DNA from: a candidate division WOR-3 bacterium
Lineage (GTDB): Bacteria > Hydrothermota > Tepidihabitantia > Tepidihabitantales > DTDR01
DNA length: 35,848 bases
Assembly: GCA_039801845.1 (NCBI GenBank)
Contig: JBDRVL010000001.1
Coordinates: 1 to 35,848 of the forward strand
Direction: 5' to 3'
Part shown: positions 1-9,115 of the stretch, one piece after another
Layout: every line of letters begins with the position of its first letter
Position numbering within the stretch: position 1 is the stretch's first letter
Position numbers and translations under genes: made by a program
Notes under the pieces: generated by a model
Database searches by the model: none
Told to the model about the DNA's origin: nothing
Seen by the model: the letters and a program-made list of their open reading frames with translations, nothing else

Positions 1-507
1 ACCAAATATTCCTGTTTGGGGAGCAATTTCAATCGTTAAAGCCGAATAATTTACACCTTCCCGTGTATGATGGAAAAAGCAACAAGATTTTCCATCAGGG
101 AACATTCCAAAAGTTACATATCCTGCTCGATAATTACCACTTGCTTGAACACCCATTCCTAATTGGACAGTATCATCAAAATAGGCATTATAATAACAAT
201 AACGATTAGGATAAGAAGAACTGGAATCAGGAGAATGCATCCAATCAAATCCCCAAGTATTGTTGGCAAATTCTATTCTTGAACCAAGGGTGCCATTTGA
301 TTGATAATCAATAAATGTTTTAGAAAGAAGGGTTCCGGGTGAAATAGTAAAAGTAGGAGAAATAATAGTTGGTAAAGAAATTTTTTCAAAACCTGTAGAA
401 AAGGGAAGAGGAGAGTAAAGTTGGCGATATCCGGAGGTTAAAAAATCAGGTTTTGGTAAAGAAAATAAAAAAGAAACTAAAAAAATAAAAATAATCATTT
501 TTTTCAT
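1..507 (-). CDS. exported hypothetical protein, 5' part only (ORF runs off the left edge)
   Basis: Absent from the ORF track because it is open at the window edge. I read the minus-strand frame (plus-strand triplets from position 1) and found no stop between the ATG (507..505) and position 1, giving 169 codons. GGAGG (rc of 513..517) lies 5 nt upstream of the ATG. The N-terminus MKKMIIFIFLVSFLFSLP looks like a signal peptide. The gene starts 13 nt after the tonB stop, so it is probably co-transcribed. Confidence 0.5.
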   Translation of the reverse strand, partial: MKKMIIFIFLVSFLFSLPKPDFLTSGYRQLYSPLPFSTGFEKISLPTIISPTFTISPGTLLSKTFIDYQSNGTLGSRIEFANNTWGFDWMHSPDSSSSYPNRYCYYNAYFDDTVQLGMGVQASGNYRAGYVTFGMFPDGKSCCFFHHTREGVNYSALTIEIAPQTGIFG

Positions 508-520
508 ATTCTCCTCCTTT

Positions 521-1138
521 TTATTTTAATCTAAATTTATAAGGAATACTAACCCAAACTCTTACCGGCATATCTCTTTGTTTTGCTGGTGTAAATTTTG
601 CTTGTCGGGCAGCATCCATCGCTGCTTTATCTAATTCCGGATTTCCCGATGATTTTAAAATTCTTACATCAGCAACACTTCCATCTATATCTACCAAAGC
701 TTCAACTACTACATCACCTTCATGACCTAATTGACGAGCAATTTCTGGATATACTGGTTTTGGTAAATAAACTTCTTTTGGTTTTACTTCTACTTTCCAA
801 AAAGGAACAATTGGTATTTCTACTTCTTCTGTTTTTTTATATATCTCTGTAAATTCAGTTTTTCCAATGGAAGTAACTTCTTCTGCTTCTTCACCAGCTT
901 GTGCTTCAGAAACTACGGCAATTTTGGGTCTTTCCACAGGCGGTGGTTCGGCAATTTGTTCTAATTCCGGCGGCAGCTGTTCTAAAACAATTCCTACTTC
1001 TTTTTTAGGAATATAGGGGCGATAGAAAAATTCCTTAGGGAAAATTATAAAAACCAATAAGACAAATGCTAGAGCTATTATTAAACCCACCCGAAACATT
1101 ATTGAATAATATTCATCCCATTCAAAAACTTTATTCAT
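521..1138 (-). CDS. tonB: TonB-family energy transducer
   Basis: Has an N-terminal TM helix (VGLIIALAFVLLVFIIF) and a Pro/Glu-rich spacer (PPELEQIAEPPPVERP). The C-terminus carries a TonB_C-like block (GHEGDVVVEALVDIDGSV...KSSGNPELDKAAMDAARQAKFTPA). It is the last gene of an exbB-exbD-exbD-tonB run. Confidence 0.8.
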   Translation of the reverse strand: MNKVFEWDEYYSIMFRVGLIIALAFVLLVFIIFPKEFFYRPYIPKKEVGIVLEQLPPELEQIAEPPPVERPKIAVVSEAQAGEEAEEVTSIGKTEFTEIYKKTEEVEIPIVPFWKVEVKPKEVYLPKPVYPEIARQLGHEGDVVVEALVDIDGSVADVRILKSSGNPELDKAAMDAARQAKFTPAKQRDMPVRVWVSIPYKFRLK

Positions 1139-1140
1139 AA

Positions 1141-1557
1141 TTAACCTCCAATTTTCTTATATTCAGTAGCAAAAACAACTTTAAAAGCTTGAGCCTCTTT
1201 TAGCGCTTCTAAAATATCGTTTATTCTTCCATACTCCACATCGCTATCAGCCATAATCTCTGCCACTAATTCGGGATTATCAGCTATTTTTAAAATCATC
1301 ACATTAGTTACTCCGGTGGGGTCTAACACATTATCATCTACTGTGATTTTTCCTGTTTTATCTACCCAAATATGAGCAACATTTCTTCTTTTTATCAATC
1401 TTTCAGTTGCTTCTGCTGATGGCAAATTTACTTTTAATCCTATTTCTGTTCTTAGAACTGTGGTAAGCATAAAGAAGATAATTAAAAGAAAAGCAATATC
1501 ACCAGTAGATGCACTTGGTATTTCTGGGTTTTCTCTTTTAATTAAAAATTTTTTCAT
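1141..1557 (-). CDS. exbD: ExbD/TolR biopolymer transport protein
   Basis: 138 aa with a single N-terminal TM. The DIAFLLIIFFM motif is typical of ExbD/TolR. Paralogous to the next gene, with a 2-nt gap. Confidence 0.85.
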   Translation of the reverse strand: MKKFLIKRENPEIPSASTGDIAFLLIIFFMLTTVLRTEIGLKVNLPSAEATERLIKRRNVAHIWVDKTGKITVDDNVLDPTGVTNVMILKIADNPELVAEIMADSDVEYGRINDILEALKEAQAFKVVFATEYKKIGG

Positions 1558-1559
1558 AA

Positions 1560-1961
1560 TTATTCCTCCTTCACAGGAGTTAGACTAATTTTTTCAGCCT
1601 TTGCTAATTTTAATTGATCAAAGGCGTCAATCATAATTTTATAAGGAGCCTTTCTAGAGACTTTTAAAGCAACAACCAACTCAGGATTTTTGTTTAAAGC
1701 TTCCTGCACAATAGATTTGATTTCCGGAATAGTTATCTTTCGGTCACCAATTAATACTTCACCATAAGGATTTACAGTTACTATTAAAATATTTTCTTTT
1801 TTTACTTTAACTTCCGCTCCCTTTGGTGGCAAGACGATTTTTAAACCTTTTTCGCGAGAAAAAATAGAAGTTACCATAAAGAAGATAATCAAAAGGAAAG
1901 CAATATCACCAGTAGAAGCTGTAGGAATAGAAATTTTTTGCTCGCTTTTTCTTTTAAACAT
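1560..1961 (-). CDS. exbD: ExbD/TolR biopolymer transport protein
   Basis: 133 aa with the same STGDIAFLLIIFFM signature as the neighbouring paralogue. Lies directly downstream of exbB. Confidence 0.85.
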   Translation of the reverse strand: MFKRKSEQKISIPTASTGDIAFLLIIFFMVTSIFSREKGLKIVLPPKGAEVKVKKENILIVTVNPYGEVLIGDRKITIPEIKSIVQEALNKNPELVVALKVSRKAPYKIMIDAFDQLKLAKAEKISLTPVKEE

Positions 1962-1962
1962 A

Positions 1963-2571
1963 TTATTGTCGTTTTGTTAAATATTCAATTAAAGTGGCTG
2001 CTGATGTTTCCAAATCACGGGTGTAGCTGTTGATTTTCATTTGGTAAAGAATGTGAATAATTGCTAACGGAGCAGCAATCATTAACCCCCATTTGGTTGT
2101 AATTAATGCTTCTGAAATTCCTGAGGCTACTACTGCTGGTTCCACCTCACCTACCGCTGCTACTGCTGCAAATGCCCGAATCATACCGGTAACAGTTCCT
2201 AAAAAACCAAAGAAAGGAGCAACCATCGTGAGGCCACCCATCAAATTCATCCCTCGGTCAAGAAAACCAAGTTCGCTAACACCTGCTCTTGTTACTGCTT
2301 CTTCCATCGTAGTTTTCCCTTCATTTACTTTTTCTAAAGCTGCTAAAAGAACTCGTGCTACCGGACTTTTTGTCCTTTGACAAAATTTAATTCCACTTTC
2401 TACTCCTTCTTTTTCAATTATAGAAATAAGCTCGCGAGTGAATTTTTTAGCATTTAAAGAAGCAACGATAAAAAGAGTAATAAACCGTTCAATAACTAAG
2501 GCAATGCCTAAAATGGCACAGGCTAATAAAAACCACATTATACCACCACCTTTAATGAATTCCTGTATCAT
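1963..2571 (-). CDS. exbB: MotA/TolQ/ExbB proton-channel protein
   Basis: 202 aa with 3 TM segments. The conserved C-terminal half (APFFGFLGTVTGMIRAF...SGISEALITTKWGL) matches the ExbB/TolQ family. GGAGG RBS is present. Confidence 0.9.
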   Translation of the reverse strand: MIQEFIKGGGIMWFLLACAILGIALVIERFITLFIVASLNAKKFTRELISIIEKEGVESGIKFCQRTKSPVARVLLAALEKVNEGKTTMEEAVTRAGVSELGFLDRGMNLMGGLTMVAPFFGFLGTVTGMIRAFAAVAAVGEVEPAVVASGISEALITTKWGLMIAAPLAIIHILYQMKINSYTRDLETSAATLIEYLTKRQ

Positions 2572-2597
2572 TTTTCCTCCTTCATTTTATTTTAATA

Positions 2598-2626
2598 AAT
2601 ATAAATAAAAATAATGATAAAGTCAA
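2598..2626 (-). promoter_or_regulatory. sigma70-like promoter of the exbB operon
   Basis: Minus strand reads TTGACT (rc of 2621..2626), 17 nt, TATATT (rc of 2598..2603). A 26-nt leader containing GGAGG precedes the exbB ATG. Confidence 0.4.
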
Positions 2627-2631
2627 TAAGA

Positions 2632-4125
2632 TTAAATCTCTTCCAAAAATTTGTATTCGTCATATTTAAATTTGAAATCTATTTTTAATTCCAGATGAAC
2701 ACCAATTTTTTTGATAAGTTGGCTTAATCTTTCATTCCATTCATTTGCTAAGAATTCATAAAGATAAGGTGAAAGTACTAAAAGAATTTTCTTCCCTTTT
2801 AATTTTTCAGTTTTATCTGTTAATTCATTTTCAATTTTTAAACAAATTTCATAACGGTCTAAAATCCGCCCCTTTCCTTTGCATGCTGGACATTCTTCAC
2901 AAAGAGTAAAAAATAAACTTGGACGAATTTTTTCACGGGTCATTTCTACTAATCCAAAACGACTTAATTTACCAAAATCAGCTTTCGCCCGGTCGTTCGC
3001 CAAACATAATTTTAATTCTTGATATACCCGTTCCCGGTTTTTTGACTCTCGCATATCAATAAAATCAATAATAATTAAACCGGATAAATCTCGCAATCTA
3101 ATTTGGCGGGCAATTTCGGCAGCTGCTTCCAAATTGGTTTGTAAAATTAATGTTTCGGGGTCTTGTTCGGATGCGAAACTTCCAGTATTTACATCAATAG
3201 TCACAAGCGCTTCGGTTTGGTCAATGGTAATAAACCCACCGCTTTTTAAAGGAATTTCCCGTTCCAGTGCTTTTTCTAATTCTTCATCAATTTTGAATTT
3301 CTTAAAAAGTTTGTCTTTTTCTTCGTAAAGAATAATTTTATCCTTATCAAATAATTCTGGAGTATAATTTTTTATGTAGTTACTTATTTCATAATAAAGA
3401 TTTCGATCATCCACATAAATGGCTTCGGTGTCTGTAGTATACAAATCCCGGATAATTTTTAATGCTAATTTCGGTTCTTTATAAAGCAACCGGGGAGCAC
3501 GAGATTTTTGAAATTCTCTTTCAATTTCTTCCCATTTACCTTCTAAATAGTGATAATCGCGGACAATTACTTCTTCCGGCATATTTTCGGCAGCAGTTCT
3601 AATTATTAATCCTCGATTTGCTTTTTTTAATTTCTTGGCAATTTCTTTTAACCGAGTTCTTTCTTTTTTATTATTAATTCGTTGAGAAACACCAATTCGT
3701 GAAATAGTAGGAAAAAAAACCACATATTTACCTGGTAAATGAATAAAGGAAGTCAACCGGGCACCTTTGTCACCAATTTGTTCTTTAACAACTTGACAAA
3801 AAATTTGGTCACCAATATTTATTGGTAATTCTTCTTTTTTACTCTTTCTTACTTTTTCCTCTTCCTCTTCTAAATCAATTCCAAATATTTCCTCCGGTAT
3901 TTCAGCTAAAGGCAAAAATCCATTTTTTCTTAAACCGATATTTACAAAAGCTCCCCGTAACCCCTTTACAATATTTTCTACTCTTCCTTTAAAAATTTTT
4001 CCAACATTATTTTCAATCCCTTCTCGTTCAATATAAAATTCTACTAAGCGGCCATTTTCTAAAATTGCTACTCGGGTATCGTTAAATTTATGAGTAATCA
4101 GAATGGTAATTTTAAATTTAATCAT
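2632..4125 (-). CDS. rng: Rne/Rng-family ribonuclease (RNase G-like)
   Basis: 497 aa. N-terminal S1-like fold (GKIFKGRVENIVKGLRGAFVNIG). Catalytic-core motifs GGFITIDQTEALVTIDVNTG and LSGLIIIDFIDM. Zn-link-like CPACKGKG. Confidence 0.85.
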   Translation of the reverse strand: MIKFKITILITHKFNDTRVAILENGRLVEFYIEREGIENNVGKIFKGRVENIVKGLRGAFVNIGLRKNGFLPLAEIPEEIFGIDLEEEEEKVRKSKKEELPINIGDQIFCQVVKEQIGDKGARLTSFIHLPGKYVVFFPTISRIGVSQRINNKKERTRLKEIAKKLKKANRGLIIRTAAENMPEEVIVRDYHYLEGKWEEIEREFQKSRAPRLLYKEPKLALKIIRDLYTTDTEAIYVDDRNLYYEISNYIKNYTPELFDKDKIILYEEKDKLFKKFKIDEELEKALEREIPLKSGGFITIDQTEALVTIDVNTGSFASEQDPETLILQTNLEAAAEIARQIRLRDLSGLIIIDFIDMRESKNRERVYQELKLCLANDRAKADFGKLSRFGLVEMTREKIRPSLFFTLCEECPACKGKGRILDRYEICLKIENELTDKTEKLKGKKILLVLSPYLYEFLANEWNERLSQLIKKIGVHLELKIDFKFKYDEYKFLEEI

Positions 4126-6484
4126 CTTCTAAGGGAGTTATTAATTTATCATTATTTATTAAATATTGTTCGACTCTTTTGATGGGCAAAGATCTTACAA
4201 TTTCTTCTGGCAATCCCAAAATCTTAGTGAGAGTAGAATAGAGCTTAACTCCCGGTTGAAAAGGCAAAAGGATTTCTCCCAGATTATCATAAATTCGAAA
4301 ATAATAAGAAGAAGTATCTAAATTTATTCTTTTAAAAATTTGTGGAGATAAAGAAATTTCATATTTTAGAAATTTAATTGATTTTCCTAAACTCGGTTTA
4401 TCTTTTTTTATCTCTTTAAAATCAACTATTATTAAATCCTTGGGCATAAAATTACCTAAATCTTTTATTAAATTATCATTATAATCAATTTTTAAGAAAA
4501 TGTCAAAATATTCGCTTTCAGAAATTACTCCTACTGGCAAAGGCGGACCAAAAGACACTAAATACCGAGGAGAAAAGCCAGCAGAATGAAGGACAGGTAA
4601 ACAAGACCGTCTGATTGTTCGATAGATTGCTCGAACAATATCTAAATGAGAAGCAAAACGGAAGTTTTCTCCTACCTTAAATTTTACTCGGAACCTTTTA
4701 TAAAGAGGAGAAAAAGATATCTGTTTTTGAAAAGGAGAGAATTTTTTAGATAAAGAAGGTTCTCTCTTATCAAATTTAAAGGAATCGGAATTTACTATTT
4801 CTTGATAAGATAAAGCTTTTTGATAATTTTCGATTAGAAAATTTTTTGATATACCCACATCAATAAATTCCCAGGGCAATGGTTCATTTATCTTTTTTTC
4901 TTTTAAATAATTTTTACTCTCAATCTGGTTTTTAAGGAAACTTTCAATCCAAATTTGATATTTGAAATGTTCTGTCCAATCTTGAAAGAATCCTTGATTT
5001 CTAAATACTTCTTCAATAACTGAGGATAATTTTTCATCGCCTCTTGCTAAAATTGCCTGAATTTCTGCTTGTTCTAAATTTTCATATTTTATTCGGATAT
5101 TTTTAAATTTTATTAGATTTTTTAATGTTTTAATTTTTTCTAAAAGCACTTTTTTATCTTCAAAACCACAAAATTGAAAAGGAGTATGGGGCTTAGGAAC
5201 AAAAGGAGAAATAGAAATTCGTAGCTGTTTAGGATTAGCGATTTTTCCCAGAAAATTTAAAAAGTAAGCAATTTCTTTTATATCTTCTTCTTTTTCTGTG
5301 GGCAAACCAATCATAAAATAAAATTTAATTCCCTGCCAATTATTATTTATTAAATTTTCTACTGCTTGAACAATTTTTTCATTAGAAATTTCTTTATTGA
5401 TAACCTTTTTTAAACGTGGAGAAATAGTTTCGGGAGCGAAAGTTATTCCAGTTTTTTTAATAAGACGAAGTTGATTCACAATTTCTTCATTGAGATCTTC
5501 GCCACGGAGAGAAGGGAGAGAGAGGGCAACCAAATAAGGATGTAAAATTTCGTTTAAAGAATTTAAGAGAGAAGCAAGATTAGGATAATCGCCTGCCGAA
5601 AAAGAGAGTAAGGAAATTTCTTCGTATCCTGATGCTTTTATTGCGCGGAGCGCTAATCTTTTAATATCTTCTATTGGCCGAATTCTTACTGGTCGATTAG
5701 TAAATCCTGCCTGACAAAAACGACATCCCCGACCGCAACCACGAGAAATCTCAATTGTTAAATGGTCATGAACAATTTCACAAATAGGTACCAGAGGTGG
5801 AAAAGGAAAATCATCTTCTTTTAATTCTTTTATGTATCTTCTTTTTATAATTTTTTCTCTTCTATGGATTAATGGAACATAGATACCTTCTAAATTTGCT
5901 AAATTCTCTAAAAGCGCCTTTTTGTTATTTTTATAGTTTTGATAGATTTCCACAATTTCTAAAATTGCTTCTTCACCATCACCGATAACAAAAGCATCAA
6001 TAAATGGTGCCATTGGCAAAGGATTCACAGAGCAAGGTCCGCCAGCAATAATTAATGGATAATTGCCATTAAGACGTTCTTCGGTACGAATAGGTATTTT
6101 GCCTAACGATAGACAATATAAAACATTGGGATAATTTAATTCCGATTGTAAAGAGAAACCGATAATGTCGAATTTAAATAAAGGTAATTTATTTTCTAGG
6201 GAAAATAGAGGTATAGCATACTCTTTTAATTTTTTGCCAAAATCAAGAGCAGGTGCATAACTCCTTTCACAAATAGTGTTTTCATGATGATTTAATTTTG
6301 AATAAAGAATTTTTAATCCATAATTAGACATACCAATTTCATAAATTTCCGGAAAAATTAAACAAACTTTAATTGTTTCTTTTTTAATAAAGAGAGGAAA
6401 AAGATTGTATTCGCCACCAGTATACCTAATAGGTTTTGTGACGAGCGGCAAAAGGTTCAAAAATTTTTTATTATTTTTATTCAC
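4118..6484 (-). CDS. radical SAM protein, fused TIGR03960-like N-terminal and DUF2344/TIGR03936-like C-terminal parts
   Basis: 788 aa. Has a B12-binding-like N-terminal region and a radical SAM cysteine motif (SRGCGRGCRFCQAG). The C-terminal half (RFASHLDIVRAIYRTIRR) resembles the radical-SAM-linked DUF2344 family. Overlaps rng by 8 nt. Confidence 0.7.
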   Translation of the reverse strand: MNKNNKKFLNLLPLVTKPIRYTGGEYNLFPLFIKKETIKVCLIFPEIYEIGMSNYGLKILYSKLNHHENTICERSYAPALDFGKKLKEYAIPLFSLENKLPLFKFDIIGFSLQSELNYPNVLYCLSLGKIPIRTEERLNGNYPLIIAGGPCSVNPLPMAPFIDAFVIGDGEEAILEIVEIYQNYKNNKKALLENLANLEGIYVPLIHRREKIIKRRYIKELKEDDFPFPPLVPICEIVHDHLTIEISRGCGRGCRFCQAGFTNRPVRIRPIEDIKRLALRAIKASGYEEISLLSFSAGDYPNLASLLNSLNEILHPYLVALSLPSLRGEDLNEEIVNQLRLIKKTGITFAPETISPRLKKVINKEISNEKIVQAVENLINNNWQGIKFYFMIGLPTEKEEDIKEIAYFLNFLGKIANPKQLRISISPFVPKPHTPFQFCGFEDKKVLLEKIKTLKNLIKFKNIRIKYENLEQAEIQAILARGDEKLSSVIEEVFRNQGFFQDWTEHFKYQIWIESFLKNQIESKNYLKEKKINEPLPWEFIDVGISKNFLIENYQKALSYQEIVNSDSFKFDKREPSLSKKFSPFQKQISFSPLYKRFRVKFKVGENFRFASHLDIVRAIYRTIRRSCLPVLHSAGFSPRYLVSFGPPLPVGVISESEYFDIFLKIDYNDNLIKDLGNFMPKDLIIVDFKEIKKDKPSLGKSIKFLKYEISLSPQIFKRINLDTSSYYFRIYDNLGEILLPFQPGVKLYSTLTKILGLPEEIVRSLPIKRVEQYLINNDKLITPLEDD

Positions 6485-6821
6485 CTTCGATACTTTCTAA
6501 ATAATAATTATCACCTTTTTTAAAAACAATTTTTAAAGAATTACATTTCGGACAGATATAAGGAGATTCCGAATTTCCTTTTCCGCAGTAACCACAATTT
6601 TTACATTCTATCTCTGGCTTTTCTTCAAAAGTATTTATTTGGCTATTTTCGATAAGAATATCCTTTAAACCTTCTTTTAGCCAGAAAATAAATTGTTCTT
6701 TATTAATTAACGTAAGACTACCAATTTTTATATTTATTTTATAAATTTTTTTAATCTGATATTTTTCACATACTTGATTGATTATTTTGATAAGATGTTG
6801 GGCACAAGCAAACTCATGCAT
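6477..6821 (-). CDS. hypA: hydrogenase/urease nickel-incorporation protein HypA
   Basis: 114 aa. Has the MHE N-terminus that forms the Ni site. Two CxxC pairs (CKNCGYCG and CPKCNS) form the Zn site. Overlaps hypB by 8 nt. Confidence 0.8.
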   Translation of the reverse strand: MHEFACAQHLIKIINQVCEKYQIKKIYKINIKIGSLTLINKEQFIFWLKEGLKDILIENSQINTFEEKPEIECKNCGYCGKGNSESPYICPKCNSLKIVFKKGDNYYLESIEGE

Positions 6822-7485
6822 TTTTTAGAAAATTTATTATCCTCTCAATACCTTCGCCCTTTTTAGCATTTGTTTCAATAATTAGCACCGAAGGCTTAAT
6901 TTTTTTGATATCTTTTTTTAATTTAATTAAAGACACTCCCATTTCTTTTGCTAAGTCAATTTTATTAATGAGTACCATATCAGCTTCTTTAAAAATATAA
7001 GGATGTTTTATCACCGTATAAGGACCTTCGGTACAAGAGAAAATAACAATTCGCAAGTGTGCACCCAAAGGAAATTCTGCTGGACAAATAAGATTACCAA
7101 CATTTTCAATAAAAAGTAAATTAATATCTTTTAAAGGCAGATTTTTTATTGCTTCACTCACTAATTTAGCATCTAAATGACATTCTTTTCCTGTGTTAAT
7201 TTGAATCACTTTGGCACCATTTTTTTTAATTAATTCAGCATCAATTTTAGTAGTTAAATCGCCGGCAATTACTGCAATTTTATATTCTCTTCTTAGTTTC
7301 TTAACAATTTGACAGATTAAAGTTGTTTTTCCGCTACCAATAGAGCCAAGAATATCAATAGCTTTTATATTATATTGATCAAAAATTTTTTTATTTTCTT
7401 CGGCCAGTTCCTTATTTTTTCTTAATAGACTTTCTTCTAATTCAATATCAAAAATTTCGCTGTTTTTTGGTTTAATAATTTTCAT
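6814..7485 (-). CDS. hypB: nickel-insertion GTPase HypB
   Basis: 223 aa. P-loop GSIGSGKTT, the ENVGNLICPAEF signature and an NKIDL G4 motif. Confidence 0.85.
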   Translation of the reverse strand: MKIIKPKNSEIFDIELEESLLRKNKELAEENKKIFDQYNIKAIDILGSIGSGKTTLICQIVKKLRREYKIAVIAGDLTTKIDAELIKKNGAKVIQINTGKECHLDAKLVSEAIKNLPLKDINLLFIENVGNLICPAEFPLGAHLRIVIFSCTEGPYTVIKHPYIFKEADMVLINKIDLAKEMGVSLIKLKKDIKKIKPSVLIIETNAKKGEGIERIINFLKNA

Positions 7486-7491
7486 AGTTAA

Positions 7492-7519
7492 ATTTTAATA
7501 ATAAATTGACTTTTTTCAA
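7492..7519 (-). promoter_or_regulatory. sigma70-like promoter of hypB operon, positioned for a leaderless transcript
   Basis: Minus strand reads TTGAAA (rc of 7514..7519), 16 nt, TAAAAT (rc of 7492..7497), 6 nt, ATG (7485). No RBS is possible in that space. Confidence 0.4.
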
Positions 7520-7534
7520 TAATAAAATTATAAT
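7506..7534 (+). promoter_or_regulatory. sigma70-like promoter of nnr operon, positioned for a leaderless transcript
   Basis: TTGACT (7506..7511), 17 nt, TATAAT (7529..7534), 6 nt, ATG (7541). Interdigitated with the divergent hypB promoter. Confidence 0.45.
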
Positions 7535-7540
7535 TTGTAA

Positions 7541-9115
7541 ATGAAACGAATAGTAAATCAAAAAGAGATGTCAGAAATAGACCGAGAATCTTCCGAAAAA
7601 TTAAATATATCCACAATAATTTTGATGGAGAACGCGGGTAGAAGTGTTGTAGAATATTTACAGAGAATTTTTAATATTAATGAAAAGGATTTTCCTAATA
7701 AAGGTTTTTTAATTTTTTGTGGCAAAGGAAATAATGGTGGCGACGGTTTTGTTACTGCCCGTTTTTTGTTAAATAAGAAGGCAAATGTTAAGGTAATTTT
7801 ATTAGGTAAGCTTGCTGAACTAAAAGGAGATGCCAAGATAAATGCCGAAAGATATAAAAATATGGGTGGCGAGATAATTGAGTTAGAAAGAGAAGATTTT
7901 CCGTTAGTTTCTCTTCTTTGGGGAAATAAAAAAGAGACATATATAATTGATGCTATTTTTGGAACAGGATTTAAAGGAGAAGTAACCGGAATATATAAAA
8001 AAGTTATTGAGTTTATTAATCAAACCAATCTTCCAATAATTGCGGTAGATATCCCTTCGGGAGTAATGGACGATGGAAAAATTGCTAATATATGTGTAAA
8101 AGCAGATTTTACAATAACAATGGGGTTTGTAAAAAGAAATTTGGTTTTACCACCTGCTCGAGATTTTGCTGGAAAAATATTTATTGGTGATATTGGAACT
8201 TTTTATGATTATTTTAATAACAAAGGTAATACTTATTTAATAGAAGAGGAAGATATAAAAGAGTTTCTCCCTAAAAGAGTAAGTTGGGGACATAAAGGAA
8301 CTTTTGGTAATTCTCTAATAATTGCTGGTTCAAGAGGTTACAGTGGAGCCGCTTGTCTTACTGCCTTAGGAGCTTTAAAAATTGGCTCCGGTTTAGTATA
8401 TTTGGCTTCACCAAAAACAATTATTGATGTTATAGAAACCAAACTTACGGAAGTAATAAAAATTCCTTTAGATTGGGAAGAAGGGTATGCTTTAAACAAT
8501 TTAGAGAAAATTAATAATATTTTACCAAAAATTGATGTTTTAGCAGTTGGTCCGGGTATTGGAATTACTGAGAAAACAAAAGAGTTTATAAAGAAATTTC
8601 TACTCTCAATTAGCGAAAGAAAAATTCCCGTGGTTATTGATGCTGATGGGATTAATTGTTTAAGTGAAGAAATTGATTTATTAAAAGATTTTGCTAAAGA
8701 TAACCAAATAATTTTAACACCCCACCCCGGAGAACTTAGTCGGTTAATTAAAATTTCGCCAGAAAAAATTAATGAAAATAGAATAGAAATTGCCCGTTCT
8801 TTTAGTGAAGAATATGGTGTTTATTTAGTTTTAAAAGGTTCGCCTACTATTATTGGAACTCCCAAAGGAATTGTTTATCTTAATCCCACAGGAAATTCCG
8901 GATTAGCAAGTGGTGGCACTGGTGATGTTTTAACGGGTTTCATTACCGGCTTATTAGCCCAGAAATTAACACCCGAAAAAGCAGCAATAGTTGGTGTCTA
9001 TCTTCATGGATTGTCAGCTGATTTAGCCTTAGAAGATAGAACAGAATATGATTTTATCGCCTCCGATATTTTAACTTATCTTCCAAAGGCAATAAAAAAA
9101 GTTTTGAATGTTTAA
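7541..9115 (+). CDS. nnr: bifunctional NAD(P)H-hydrate repair enzyme (epimerase plus ADP-dependent dehydratase)
   Basis: 524 aa. The YjeF_N part carries GKGNNGGDG. The C-terminal carbohydrate-kinase part carries GPGIG and GGTGDVLTG. Confidence 0.9.
   Translation: MKRIVNQKEMSEIDRESSEKLNISTIILMENAGRSVVEYLQRIFNINEKDFPNKGFLIFCGKGNNGGDGFVTARFLLNKKANVKVILLGKLAELKGDAKINAERYKNMGGEIIELEREDFPLVSLLWGNKKETYIIDAIFGTGFKGEVTGIYKKVIEFINQTNLPIIAVDIPSGVMDDGKIANICVKADFTITMGFVKRNLVLPPARDFAGKIFIGDIGTFYDYFNNKGNTYLIEEEDIKEFLPKRVSWGHKGTFGNSLIIAGSRGYSGAACLTALGALKIGSGLVYLASPKTIIDVIETKLTEVIKIPLDWEEGYALNNLEKINNILPKIDVLAVGPGIGITEKTKEFIKKFLLSISERKIPVVIDADGINCLSEEIDLLKDFAKDNQIILTPHPGELSRLIKISPEKINENRIEIARSFSEEYGVYLVLKGSPTIIGTPKGIVYLNPTGNSGLASGGTGDVLTGFITGLLAQKLTPEKAAIVGVYLHGLSADLALEDRTEYDFIASDILTYLPKAIKKVLNV

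Noticed and set aside
6477-7485. Interpreting hypA/hypB as marking a hydrogenase locus.
   Set aside because: No hydrogenase large or small subunit genes, hypCDEF or maturation protease occur in the window. The neighbours are a radical-SAM protein, rng and nnr.
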